Origin: Minutocellus sp. GHC0000111 | Taxonomy: Eukaryota | Assembly: GCA_977018835.1 (NCBI GenBank) | Contig: OZ361256.1 | Span: 1,488,001 to 1,552,000, forward strand | Length of the DNA: 64,000 nucleotides | Direction: 5' to 3' | In this document: one piece after another, positions 45,162 through 57,520 of the stretch | How the letters are laid out: every line of letters begins with the position of its first letter | Numbering within the stretch: the stretch's first letter is position 1 | Notes under the pieces: generated by a model | Seen by the model: only the letters and a program-made list of their open reading frames with translations | The model's database searches: none | Told to the model about the DNA's origin: nothing | Made by a program: the position numbers and the translations under genes

Positions 45162-48100
45162 TCAAGCCGACTTCGGAATGGCCTCGGACTGGACAAACTC
45201 GGCTCGAAGCTGACGCTTGTCAAAGAATCGACCGGCGAGGCTCTCGGCACAAGCTCTAGCACCATCGACGGCCTCAAAGGTGGCATATATTTTGCCTCCA
45301 GGATCATTCGACATGACAAGTACTGAAAGAATCTTGCCATGCTTACTGCACTCCTCGATGAATTCCTCCTTGATATCGTCGGGCCAGCCCTCCTCGTCCT
45401 CCTCATCCTTGTCAAACATGTTGTGAACAAGAATACTGGTTGATGGAGAGTCGGCCCCGCCAACCTTGGTAGGATCGTCAGGCTCTGATGATGCAGCCGG
45501 TGCCGCTGCCGTAGCGGCTGCTGCAGATGTGTCAGCGGCAGGGGCAGCTCCAAAAGCGGCATCCAACGCCGCCGCAGCCATTGCCTCGACTTGGCTTGTA
45601 GTAGCTGTGGCCGCTGGTACCGCCGCAGCAGCCGCCGTGGCAGTACCAGTAGCAGCAGCATCAGCGGGCGCAGCCGCAGCGGTTGCGCCAGCGTTGGGGT
45701 TCAGACCGACGAGGGTCATTTGTGGCGTTACCACAAGGCCGGTGCCAGCGAGCTGGACCATTGCCGCGTGGACCTGCTGGATGCGAGCATTGGCATCTGG
45801 AGGAACCTCTGCTGTGGTCACCTCCTCGATGGTGAGGTCGTTGGTCTGCTGATTGGCCCATCCAGTTTTCCTGTTGATTATTATGAGACGAAAAAAGAGA
45901 AATATATCGTCAGAAGCATGCGCAGTGCAAGATGATGAGAAAAAGTTGCGTTACCGTTCTCCGCTGAGTACTTCGAGTGCCTCTTCGGGACCCTCCTCAT
46001 ATAACTACTGTTACGCAAGCTGCAAAACGAACACAGTGTGTTCAAGAAATTGACGAGCCTGTGGAGTGCAACAGAAGAAATGAAGAAGATCCAAAAGAAG
46101 CGAAACGAGAATATCCATCACCACGAACACATGCAAGCCGCCGACAAGATTTAGTACACCGCTATGCTTCCGCCCAATATTGTTCATCCGCCCTACGAAA
46201 AAGAGATTCTAGCTCGTCGTCACTTCCTGACATTAAAAAGTCGTTTGAAGGATTGTTGTTCCACATGATATCCAGATCAAAGTTAGGGTTGGGGCATCGA
46301 CAATCGCCGCCGGCCACTCGCAACAAGAACCGCAAAACAAGTGAACAAATGTTGGAAAGGAAAAGAGGAGGATATGCTTGTATCAACTTACAACTGACGT
46401 CCGGCAAGAGTCTGGCCGGCCATGACTTGAATGGAAAGGTTCGCGTCCTTGGGGTCCCTGTAGGACAGGAAGCAAAAGCCTCGAGACAGGCCCGTCGTGG
46501 GGTCCATCTGCAGTTGCACATTGTCCAACGGCCCGAAGCACTGGAAGATGTACTGGAGCTGGGCGGGAGTGATGTTCCGATCGATATTGCCCAGATAGAC
46601 CTTCTGGGCAACCTTGCGCTTCCCTCCTAGGGTGGCGACGGGGGCGCTCGGAATGGTCGCGCGAGGAACGGCGGCCGTGGTATTCGGCACCGCGGCAGCA
46701 CCATCTGCTACCGTAGGCCTACCGGCGGCACCCGACACGATTCGAGTACCGGCCGTCACGGTACCACCGAGCTTGCTCTGGATTCCTTCGGCGACGGTAC
46801 CGCCGTAGTTCTTCTCGGCCTCGCTGCTCTTCACGAGGATGGGGAAACGCTGGAAGTCGGGAACCTGCGCGCTGAGCTCAAGCGCGGCGGGGATGTCGGC
46901 GAGGTTGGCCATCTCGACGTAGGCACAGCCCTTGTGCCGGCCGGTGCGCTTGTCGCGGAGGAGGATGACGTCCCGGACGCGACCAGCCTCCCGGCGGAAG
47001 TAGTGCCTGATGTCGCGCTCGTGGGCCTTCATGACCAGCTGCGATACGAAAACGGTCCGCTGTTCCTTGGTGAGGGGATCGACGGCATTGCCCTCGGCAC
47101 CCTCGGAGCTGGGGGACCGCGATCGGTGGCCGTGGTGATGATGACGATCGCGCTCGTGGGGTGGGTAGTCGCGGGGATGTCTCCTGTCATAATGGTGGTG
47201 CCGATGATGGTGATGGTGACGAGGCTCTCGGCCGCGACGGTCCGATCGATGACGATCGCGGCTGCTGCGCGAGCGCTTCCTGTGATGACGATCCTTAGAT
47301 CTGGACCTGGACCGGGATCGAGAGCGCGACGAACGACGAGAAGGCGACGAGTCGGAACGCTTTCGCTTGCTCCCGCTGCCGTTCTCGGTGGCCTTGTCAG
47401 TATCGTCCTTGGGTGGGCTTGTGGACGACGCCTTGTCGGTCTTCTCCCTCTCTTCACCATCACCATCGGCGGTGCAATTATCGCCCTTGCCCTTGTGATT
47501 GGCATCACCGTTGGTGATCTTGACTTTCTCGGGAGAGCGGCTGCGCGACCTCGATCTGGATCTGGACCGAGATCTCGGAGAACGACTGCGACTGCGGCTC
47601 CGACTGCGACTTCTCGAATAGGACCTCGACCTCGATCTCGACCTTGGCGAACGGCTCCGACTCCGACTGCGACTGCGGGAGTACGATCTCGATCTGGACC
47701 TGGGTGATCTGGACCTGGACCTGGACCTCGATCCAGAGCGCGACCTCGACCGACTCCTGGAATACGACCGGCTCGGCGAGCGGGAGTAGCTCCGACTTCG
47801 GCTGCGGCTGCGGCTGCGGGAGTAGCTTCGGTCCCTCGGAGACCTTGATCTTGATCTCGACCTCGATCGGGATCGGGAGTAGCTCCGACTGCGGCTGCGG
47901 CTGTCGTAGCTGCCACTGCGGCTGCGAGAGCGAGACCGACTGCGGCTGCGGCACCGGGACGAGGAGTAGCTGCGGCTGCGGCTGCGGGAGCGGCTGCGGG
48001 AGTACCTTCCGCCACCCCTCACGGGCGACCGGCCCCGAGGAGGACCACCGGGAGGTCCTCCGCCGCGGTGGTACCCACCACCCCATCCGCCACCCCGATG

Positions 48101-49330
48101 TCCGGGAGGAGGTGGACCGCGGCCCCACTCATCGTACCCTCCGTACCGTCGATCGGGTCCCGGAGGAGGAGGGTGGTGCCGACCATGCCTGCTGGGTCCT
48201 GGACCACCGGGACCTGGACCGCCCGCCATCCTGCCCCCTCTGTCTCCTCCTGGTCCTGGTCCTGGGCCTGGTCCTCCCGGGCCAAAGTCGCGGTAGTGCT
48301 GCCCTGGTCCTGGGCCGTGACCTGGTGGGGGAGGGTGGCCGTAGTATCCACCGAAGCTCACGTCCGGCTGCTGACCCTGACCCTGCTGGCCGTAATACGA
48401 GGAGTTTTGACCCTGGGATTGGCCCTGCTGACCTTGTGCCTGCTGCGCCTGCTCCCTCAGCTGTCTCTCGCGATTCCGCCTCCTCCGTGCGGCCGACCGG
48501 CTGAGCTTCCTGCCACCGCCGGATGCAGTACCAGCGCTAGCAGCGGACCTCCCGTCTCTGCCACTGCCGGCTCGATCTCGATCTCGTGGATCGCGCCGCC
48601 GATGATCGTCGTCGTCGCCGTCGTCGTCTTTTCCCCCCTCCTTATCTCTTTCTTTTTCCTCTTCCCGCCGCCTCTGCTTCTGCCGCTGCTTCTGCTCGAT
48701 CCTACGCTTCAGAAGCCGCTCCTTGAGCCGTCCCTCGTCCGGATTGTCCTCCGACTGCAGTTCCGGCTCTCCGGATTCCTTCTTACTTCTCTTCGTGCCG
48801 TCGTCGGCGGAGGAGGAGGCGGTGGAACCTTTGGCACCGGCACTCGCCGAATCTGCCGCAGGTGCTGATGAGCCGGTGTCCTCCGCGGGAGGTTTGGCAG
48901 ACGACCCAGGTACCTCCGCTTGCGCCGACTTGGCCTTGGGCTGCTGTTCGCCGTCGGCTCCCTCCGCCGCCGATGCCTTCTCCTTGTGCGGCTGCTTCCT
49001 CCCGCTGCTCTTGCGGGTGCTCTTTTTCAGTGGGGAGGCCTTGGCCACCTCGATCCGGATGACGGTGGGCTCCTCCGACGCGAACGACACCGACTTCTTG
49101 GCGCTCCCGCTGTTGCCGCCGGTGCCGCCGCTTGTGCTTGTGCTGCCGCCGCCGGTGCCGGCTGCCCCTCCGGTCGTTTTGCCTTTGCGGCCCGGGCTCA
49201 GGGCGCTGCCTGCGGGAGGAGGGGGGCTGGCACTGCCGCTGCCGCCGGGAATGTTGCCGGGCGAGCTTTTGTTGGTAGCGCCGTCGTCTCCCTTCTGCTT
49301 CTCCTGATGATCGTCCTCCGCGGCCGCCAT
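45162..49330 (-). CDS. RBM39: RBM39/CAPER-like splicing factor (RS domain, 2 RRMs, C-terminal UHM); intron 45871-46391
   Basis: Long RS tract; RTVFVSQL...KGCAYVEM; KVYLGNI...RGFCFLSY; the splice gives GRQL|KTGWA; UHM ILVHNMFD...EECSKHG...GRFFDKRQL. Confidence 0.9.
47530..48000 (-). repeat. Coding hexamer repeats (Arg-Ser dipeptide tract)
   Basis: Imperfect (CGCAGC)/(CGCAGT)/(AGGTCC)/(AGATCG) arrays encoding (RS)n. Confidence 0.85.
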
Positions 49331-49793
49331 TGGCTTAGACTTGTATGCCTTCAACTCTGCCTCTGCCTCTGAAAAATGGCACCAAGCGGCTGCAAAGCAA
49401 CGGACGGACGATGGACGGACCAAAACAGTCATCTCTTTGGGCCTGGCCTTCGTCCGGTGGCGGGGGTCGCTCGATCGCTCGAGGCCACAAAACCGCGCGA
49501 GATCAAAACCGTGGCATCGGCATCGTACCGAGAGGCGGCCACGACGATAGACTGCCCAGGATAGCCGAAGACTAGCCAGTTGTGCATTTCGATCGCATTT
49601 GGCGTATCTTATCTACATTTTGGAAAGTCACGGAAGTGAGAAAGCGAACACATCTAGTGTCATTTTATCCTGTTGGGTCTCATCTCCACTTTACGCCAAA
49701 AGAAGAAGTCAATCGATCAAACGCTACTTTCCTCAGAAAGAAAAAAGTCAGTCGAAGCATCAAAATCATAGTGGTCGAAAGCAATTCAAGAAC

Positions 49794-52700
49794 ATGGTCC
49801 GGAAGAAGCTCGACGCCCGCATCCGGACGCTCATCGAGCGCTCCGTCGTGACCGGCCAGCGGTCGATGCTGGTCCTGGTCGGCGATCATGGCAAGGATCA
49901 GGTCCCCAACCTCCACCAACTTTTGGCCCGAACGTCCGTCAAGGCCCGTCCCAAGGTGCTGTGGTGCTACAAGAAGGAGTTGGGGTTCTCGACGCATCGG
50001 ATGAAGGTACGTACGCTCGATTGATTGGCATTGCATTACCTGATGAGTTTGTTGCGGTATGCCCATGAGATGCAAATGCAATCCGATCCAGCTGCATCAC
50101 AATATCTATATCGACATCGCCATGACGAGTATTATTCTGAGGGTCTGACGGTGCTAAAAATGTCTGGCATTTCGACTGAGGACCAAGCAATAATAATCCT
50201 ATACCCAAATTTCTGAGCGATATCATGTTTCGATGATATATGTGATGAACAGTCTGTGTTGTGGCCCAACTTTTTTCCAAAGATATCACTTCTCACAACT
50301 TTTTATTATCTCAACCTAACCTCTATTGCCTGCAGCGCATGAAGAAGATCAAACGCGACAAGGCCCGAGGACTGGCTTAGGGCACGTTGGGCAACGACGA
50401 GGACCAATCCGCCGACAACTTCGAGCTGTTCATCTCCTCCACCGACATCAACTGGTGCTACTACCGCGACACGCATCGCGTTCTGGGTTCCACGGTCGGC
50501 GTCCTCGTCCTCCAAGACTTTGAGGCGTTGACTCCCAACATCATGGTCCGGACCATCGAAACCGTTGAGGGCGGTGGCCTCGTCATCTTCCTCATGCGCA
50601 CGGTCAAGAGTTTGAAGCAGCTGTACAGCATGAGCGTGGACGTGCATTCGCGGTACCGCACGGAGCAGAGCGGGGACGTCGTGCCTCGGTTCAATGAGCG
50701 GTTCATCCTAAGTTTGGGCAAATGCGCCAACTGTCTGGTTTGTGATGATGAGCTCAATGTTTTGCCGCTTTCCAAGTCGGCGCTTCGGAGGCTGGGCGAT
50801 GGAAGCGATGGGAGCAATATGATCCAAAAGGGTGATGCCGGGGAGGTTGTTATGCGCAAGAGCAAGGAGGACATTGAGCTCGAGGAGCTCAAGGAATCGC
50901 TGTCCGATACGCCGCACGTTGGCGTGATTGTCGATCTGGCGAAGACGTTGGATCAGGCCCGGGCCATCCTTACCTTTTTGGAGGCATGCAGCGAAAAGAC
51001 ATCGAGGTCGACGGTTGCCTTGACGGCTGCTCGTGGACGTGGAAAGTCGGCGGCCATTGGCCTTTGTTTGTCGGGAGCCATATCGTTTGGCTATTCCACC
51101 ATTTGTGTCACAGCGCCTGAGCCGGAGAACTTGGTGGCGGTCTTTGACTTTGTATTGCGTGGTCTCAAGGCCCTCAAATATCAGGAACACTTGGACTACA
51201 CGGTATCATACAACACGGCATCGGGCAGAGAGCAGACCAAGTGCATCGTCGGCGTTGAGATTCATCGTGATCACAAGCAGAGCATTCGCTACGTCCGACC
51301 GGACGAACCCGACAAATTTGCAAGTGCTGAGCTTGTTGCGATCGATGAGGCGGCTGCCATCCCATTGCCAACCGTCCGCGCATTGATGGGCGATCGCCTG
51401 ACCTTCATGAGTTCCACCATTAACGGATACGAGGGCACCGGACGTGCTCTCAGCCTCAAGCTATTGAAAGAATTGCGCGATAGCAAGGGACGTGGTGGAC
51501 TGGATGCCGCCACAGCTGCTGCAGATGCCATCGCTGGATCCAAAACGAAGAAGGTGAGACATTCATGAATTGGAACAAGACGACTATATTGTTCCTCCTC
51601 TTGTCTTTCAATTATCATTACTCACTGTGCATTTGAATTCCCTTTATCTCGATTGTAGGGTGAGGCCAAGGTTCATGAGCAGAGATGGGCAGCAGCGGCC
51701 GCAGCGGCTGCAGATGCACAGAATGCCGCCGCCAACAGCGGCCCTTTGCGTGAAATCGAGCTCAGTCCCCCCATCCGATACTCTCTCGGAAATCCAATCG
51801 AGTCTTGGCTCAACAAGCTTTTGTGCTTGGACTGTGGAAGTAGTGCCAGCATGAAGCTCTTGGGAGGTGCCCCCGCCCCTCAAGAATGCGAGCTTTACCA
51901 CGTCGACCGCGACGCCCTCTTCTCCTACCACAAACTTTCCGAGGCCTTTTTGCAGAAACTTATGGGACTCTACACAAGCGCCCACTACAAGAACACACCG
52001 AACGATTTGCAGATGCTGTCTGATGCTCCGGCCCATGCTGTCTTTGTCCTTCTGTCGCCCTCCGCCGAAGAGGACGCCGATTCTCTCCCTGATGTCCTTG
52101 CCGTTGTGCAGGTGGCACTTGAGGGCAAGATCTCACGCAAGGCTGTCGAAGCCCAGCTTGCTCGTGGCCAAAGGTCGGCCGGTGACCTTATTCCTTGGAC
52201 GCTTAGCCAACAATTTGGTGACAGTAACTTTGCACAGCTGAGTGGGGCGAGAGTTGTCCGTGTTGCCGTCCACCCTTCTGTGCAGGGTATGGGATACGGT
52301 TCAAGAGCAGTCGAACAGCTCTACCGTTTCTACAATGGCGATATGGTGTCTCTTTCGGGTGGAGCTGATGATGAGTCTGATGAGGAGGAACAACCAGACG
52401 ATGAGACCAGGTCGTCGGATGAAGAAGAGGCCATGGGAGACAGTGGCTCCAAGAAGGGCATTCGAGGTGAGAAGCTCAACCCCCGTAAGGAGCTGCCACC
52501 CCTTCTCTTGCCCTTGACGGAAGTCAAAGCACCGCGACTCGATTGGCTCGGCACATCCTTCGGCTTACCAACGATCTTCATCGATTCTGGCGTCGGACGG
52601 GTATGCGAATGCTCTACTTGCGACAAACAAAAAATGACCTGACCGGTGAGCACTCGTCCATCATGATCCGAGCGCTTCCAAAACGAACTGGTTTTGATGA

Positions 52701-53628
52701 TGCTTGGCTCCCGGCCTTTGCCGTCGACTCCCAGCGCCGAATTATCGCCCTTCTCGCCGGTCCCTTCAAGGACATGAGCGTACGTCTTGCCATGTCGCTC
52801 CTTGATGACTTTGATAGCATCGGCAAAAAGAGCGAGAGCGACGATGCCAACGCCGCCATTGAGAGGCGATCTGGAGCGGCATCGAACAAGATCAATGTGT
52901 CCGAGCTCAACTACTTCCTCACCCCGCACGACCTCAAACGTCTTGAGCAGTATGGTCGCAACCTATGTGACCACCACCTCGTCACTGATATCCTTCCGTC
53001 AGTCGCAAGGCTCTACTTTACTGGAAGAATGGGTCCCGAGGCTCGTCTGTCAAGTCTCCAAGCCGCCTTGCTCTGCGGCATCGGCCTTCAGTACAAGACG
53101 GTCGACTTCTTGACCTCGGAGCTTGCATTGCCATCCAACTAGGTATTGGCCATGTTCAACAAGGGCATTCGCAAGATCTCTTTGGCCCTGAACGGTATTG
53201 TTGAAGAGAGCGAACGTGCCGCCATGCTCGGTGGCGACGCTATGCGCAAGGCCGAGATGAAGGCGGCCAAGATGAAGAACGTCACACAAAAGACGCTCGA
53301 GGAGGACGCCGAAGAAGGTGCCCAGGCGGCCATGGCAACTCTCAAGAAACAGTCTTTGCCATCCTCTATTGCACAGGACGATGATATCATGCAGTATGCG
53401 GTCCGAGGCACCGACGACGAATGGGCCAAGGCTCTCGAAGGCAAAGGCGTCGACGGCGGGACGGTTCAAATCATGAGCATGCAGGAGAAGCGGCCCGGCA
53501 AGCGCCGTGTGAATGATGAAGACATTCAACGCGAGATGGACGGGGCGAGTACTCCCAAGTCTAGCAGTAAGAAGCAAAAGAAGGGCAAGAAGTCTTCCAG
53601 TAAAAAGAAGAAACAGCGGGCAGAGTAG
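49794..53628 (+). CDS. NAT10: RNA cytidine acetyltransferase NAT10/Kre33; introns 50007-50335 and 51554-51658; disrupted as assembled (TAG 50378, frameshift near 52565, TAG 53140)
   Basis: MVRKKLDARIRTLIE, VLWCYKKELGFS, LQDFEALTPN, TAARGRGKSAA, IDEAAAIPLP, STINGYEGTGR, HYKNTPNDLQ, RVAVHP..QGMGYGS. Confidence 0.93.
50116..50221 (+). ncRNA. Intronic box C/D snoRNA with two LSU rRNA guides
   Basis: Terminal stem ATCGC/GCGAT; box C ATGACGA 50122-50128; D' CTGA 50145-50148; C' CTGAGGA 50176-50182; D CTGA 50213-50216. Guide CCTATACCCAAATTT is antisense to conserved LSU AAUUUGGGUAUAGG. Confidence 0.85.
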
Positions 53629-53697
53629 GATTGCTAATTTAGCTATAATATATTAGCCCCTCTAGATAGGTTGTATCTAGTAGAAAGGGTGGTGAGC

Positions 53698-55158
53698 TCA
53701 CGCCCCAAAGCTCTTGATAAACTGCCCCAACCTCTCCATTAGCGATGGTGAACCGTCTTTTTCACCTCTAGATCCGTCGCCAATTCTATTCCTACCGGTT
53801 GCTCCCTTGTTTCTCATTAGTAAGTTTTCAGCACGTCGCTCAAGTTCAGCTTGAATTTCTTCAGAAGTCATACGACGCTGTTCACTTTGGTCGTCTCTTC
53901 CTGCTCTGTTGTAAACCTCCTTCTCTGCATCTTTGCTGCGCAACACAAAGTGCTCGTAGATTCGGGCAGTGGCCCACGCGTCTGCGGCACCGTAAATTTC
54001 CAGCTTCTCGTGAATTCGTTTCGTAGGTCGTCTCTTGTTCTGGAACCATCTGGTCATCGTCTTGTTCTTGCTGTAAAGAATCCGGTGAGGCGTTTCCATG
54101 TCATGGTTGATCAGACTTGTGCTCCCATTTCTGCATTCATTGAACAGGTCCATGAGCGACGGCGTGAGCATTTTGCCGTGTCGACCCCAACCCCGGGCTT
54201 CTTTCTGCAAGCATATTGTGTTGTTCACTGGAACTCCAAGGCTGGCAATATCCCCCTTGGCATCGAAGAACACCTTGAGGACGGAGTTGTCCGCGAGCAG
54301 ATCCTTCAAGGCATCGGATAGCTGGCTGCCCCCGCCATATGCCGCCCGACGCCTCGGCTGCTCGATGTACACCTTGGTGCTAGTGTTGATGTTGGTGTTG
54401 CTACTATCGCTATCACCATCGGCGGCAACGCCCACTGGACATACCTGTACTAGTATTGGTGGAATGAGATGTATACCTTCCGTATCAATCGCCACCGCTG
54501 TTGGAATGCACCTACCACCGTCGTCGACCTGCTCTCTTTCAAACATACTCATGGGGGCAGTACTCCCACCTGCCAGCACAAAGGCATCGCACAACGTCCG
54601 TACATGAGTATTCCTGGCCAATTGCATCAGCTCATCTCGAGCCGGGCCCAGCGGTGGGGCCGTCAAGGCACCGCCCCTCCCAAACGTGTACATGTGCGGA
54701 AGAAGTTGGGACACTGCCTTGATCCCGCCATAATCTTTGATGGTCTTGGAATGGCTTGGGTGGCGAGATGCAAACTCCGACGCGACGAGATGCCGGTCGC
54801 TCTTGGGCGTGGTGAGGATCAGCTCGCGGATGGCCTGGGCGGATTCCTTCAATGCCTCGTCCTCAAAGGGTGCCGATGCCAAGAGAGGCGATGAGGACTG
54901 GGACTTGTCGTCGCGCGGCACGTCACCACTGGAATGGCGATGCGGCGGAAGAACAGGCATGTCGCCGGCAGACGCCGCCGAGACCGGCACACCGCCGTTC
55001 GACGCATGCTGATGTGCCGGTCCGGTGCCAAAGATGAGGTCTTGCAGGGATCTGGAATCTCCGCCGAGTTTGCTCCGTCGTCTGGCACCATGCCTTCGCC
55101 TCCTGCCGCGGCCCTGTCGCCTAGCCGCGGCACGCAGGACCACGGAGGACGCCCTCAT
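53698..55158 (-). CDS. DEDD/DnaQ-like 3'-5' exonuclease domain protein (WRN/EXD-like)
   Basis: VAIDTEG (Exo I), LLADNSVLKVFFDAKGDI (Exo II), YGAADAW (Exo III). Arg-rich N-terminus may be a mitochondrial presequence. Confidence 0.8.
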   Translation of the reverse strand: MRASSVVLRAAARRQGRGRRRRHGARRRSKLGGDSRSLQDLIFGTGPAHQHASNGGVPVSAASAGDMPVLPPHRHSSGDVPRDDKSQSSSPLLASAPFEDEALKESAQAIRELILTTPKSDRHLVASEFASRHPSHSKTIKDYGGIKAVSQLLPHMYTFGRGGALTAPPLGPARDELMQLARNTHVRTLCDAFVLAGGSTAPMSMFEREQVDDGGRCIPTAVAIDTEGIHLIPPILVQVCPVGVAADGDSDSSNTNINTSTKVYIEQPRRRAAYGGGSQLSDALKDLLADNSVLKVFFDAKGDIASLGVPVNNTICLQKEARGWGRHGKMLTPSLMDLFNECRNGSTSLINHDMETPHRILYSKNKTMTRWFQNKRRPTKRIHEKLEIYGAADAWATARIYEHFVLRSKDAEKEVYNRAGRDDQSEQRRMTSEEIQAELERRAENLLMRNKGATGRNRIGDGSRGEKDGSPSLMERLGQFIKSFGA

Positions 55159-55802
55159 GCTTTCATGTACCTCTCGGAGAAAAATGACTGTGATCAGCGG
55201 CAGCATGATGAGCAAAATTTCGTCTGGCCTTCCATCATGTTCGTATCGTACGGTTCCCACACTCTTTCTTTCATCACATCACCGTGAAATAGGTGAAGTG
55301 AAGTATTGAGGAGTGGGCCGTGCCACATGCGCGCGACGGATGAATTGAAAACTTCAATTTGCTTGTATGTTTTTGTAGTGTATTAAGTTAGGGTTAAGAC
55401 AACGGAGCCATACATGTTATAATGTAATTGTATAATACCGGCAGACAAGTGACTATTGGTCATCAAGTAGACTACATGTATCGTCGGAAAAATTCGCCCT
55501 GCACGCCCAGCCCAAGCCTTCCCCACCTGGAAGATTTTTGTCAACAACTTGACCGCCAGCAGCAACAGTCTAATAGTCTAGTCGAAGTTGTGAGCCAATT
55601 ACATGCTGTAGGAGAAATCTAGGACAAAGCAGGTTTGGTTTGGTTCCTTCTACGATTATTTATGGCAGACTTGCGATGTGCTCCTATTGTCAAGTTCGGG
55701 CTCACAAGCAAGGTCAGCAAGTCCCTTGGTCTCAGACTGCTTCGTTTTCAATGTTTATTTTTTCGTGCATTTATTTTTATTTTGACTTTGTCTGAGTTCA
55801 AA

Positions 55803-57520
55803 CTAATTATTCCTCGATTCCTCTGTCCACGTTGGGCCTCCGTGGCTAATCAGGGTAATGCTCGAGTTCTCCGTTGATACGAAGTTGGCATTGCCCTTGA
55901 GCTCTATGTAGGCGTTGTGCTTCACGGTCGTACCAGCCTCGCTGAAGAGCAGCGTCACGACCGTTCCCTTTGAGAATCGATCGGCAGTGCTATGATTAAG
56001 TCGAATGATGGTCCGGGAAGGATTGCCCTGCATGTCCATGTCGAAGTAGTTGCCCTCATTTTTGGGGAGAATCCAGTAGTACGGCGTCGAGGAGGGTTAG
56101 GGTTAGTTAGGCCCATGCTCAGCGTACCGCTCATCTTAGCTCCACTTGCCGACAAGAACTCGGCTCCAGGGGTTGCTGGTGTTTGGCCGTAGACAAGCGT
56201 TGGGGCCGTAATGTCCACGTCACCGGTGATGGAGAAGTAGAAGTACGGTGCGGTCTTGTCGTACAGGGCGGACATGGAGATGAATTCCCACCCTCCAGAT
56301 CCAGAATGGGCCGAGGAGGAAATGATGCTGCCAGATTCGTAGCGCATGGCCGCAGCGATGGATCCAGCCACGCTCGATCGGGCGTAGATTCCGAATGTAA
56401 CGAAGGAATGTCCTGGTGACTTGGGAAGAATGTCTGGACTGAGTTTGAAGGGACCGCCGTACTTCAAGTAATCTATAGCTAAGACCTGGTGGTCAGCGAA
56501 CAAGGCCTCTGTCTCCGGTAGTACAGTCATCTGCCAATTGGTACCGGGCAAACTCCAGCCGGCCATAGAACGGGCGTCAGAGTCGTATCCATGGAAGGCG
56601 GCATTCCAAAGCATGTTGAGAGGTGCTGGGTCTATACCCACCGACTTGGCGCTGGTAAAGTCAATGCCTGGATTGCGAGCTAAATCGGCCTGAATGTTGG
56701 TATGTCCAAGCATACCGGTCATCACATTGCCATAGGAGGAATCGTCAATGATGACGAGTGGCTTATCAGCAGCAAACATGTCCGTTCCCTCGAGTCTTGT
56801 GTCGAGAAGACGAACGTTGGTCTTGGATCCCGTCACGTAGACGTGCGCCAGATTCGTCGAGGGTGGTTCGATGACCATTCCGTAGAACTTATTGTCGTTG
56901 CACGCGCCCGGCCCCTCGGCACGAAGGGCTACCTCGGTAATACCACCAGATATGGCCCCACCAAAGAAGGAGTTGGAATTGACAAAGCTGCCATCGTCAG
57001 CCGTCAGCAGTATGCCCGTGTGGGCATGACGGATCCGAACATCTTTGAAGCTGGCATAGGCAATACCCCCACTGTTCTTGGCACGAACGGTAAGGGCCGT
57101 GCCTCCCATGAACCAGTAGATGAGGACGTTGGACATGGTGACCGATTCGACGGCAGCATTGTCGGCCTCGACCAGCACCCCGCCCGCCGCCTGGATGCCA
57201 TCGCAGTATCCACCCTCGGGATAGCGCCAGTCGTACACGGCCACGTCCTCCAGCGCAGCGGCATGTCCCTGCATTGTAACGGCAAAATCCGTACCGCAAT
57301 AGGCAATGACCGAGGAGCCAGCATCGAACTGAATGGCCAGTGGGGACGAACCATAGCCCTGTCCCCTGAGCTTGATCCCGCCGGGTATGGTCAGTGTGGA
57401 CTTGGTCAGAAAGGTGCCGCGGGGGAGAATGACCGTGCCGCCACCTTCGAGGTTGGAGGCGGCGATGGTCTCTGCCTCAGGCTTCAACGTCGCACACAAA
57501 ATTTCGGACATTGCAGACAC
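55803..57520 (-). CDS. Pectate-lyase-superfamily parallel beta-helix protein; frameshift near 56095, N-terminus apparently incomplete
   Basis: GGGTVILPRGTF...LTIPGGIKLRGQG entry motif and Asn/Gly-rich strands. Coding-like sequence continues in ORF 55803..56039. Confidence 0.65.

Noticed and set aside
47530..48000. Periodic repeats as a satellite or CRISPR-like array
   Set aside because: Fully explained by RS-domain codons; no spacer structure; eukaryotic context.
50116..50221. snoRNA as the U13/snR45/snR4-type acetylation guide for its host NAT10
   Set aside because: No complementarity seen to 18S helix 34 or 45; both guides match LSU next to D/D' boxes, as methylation guides do.
50378..53142. 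UAG=Gln genetic code reassignment suggested by two TAGs in NAT10
   Set aside because: FANCI, MnmA, the P450 and NAT10 itself end at TAG, and NAT10 also has a frameshift, so error or decay explains it better.
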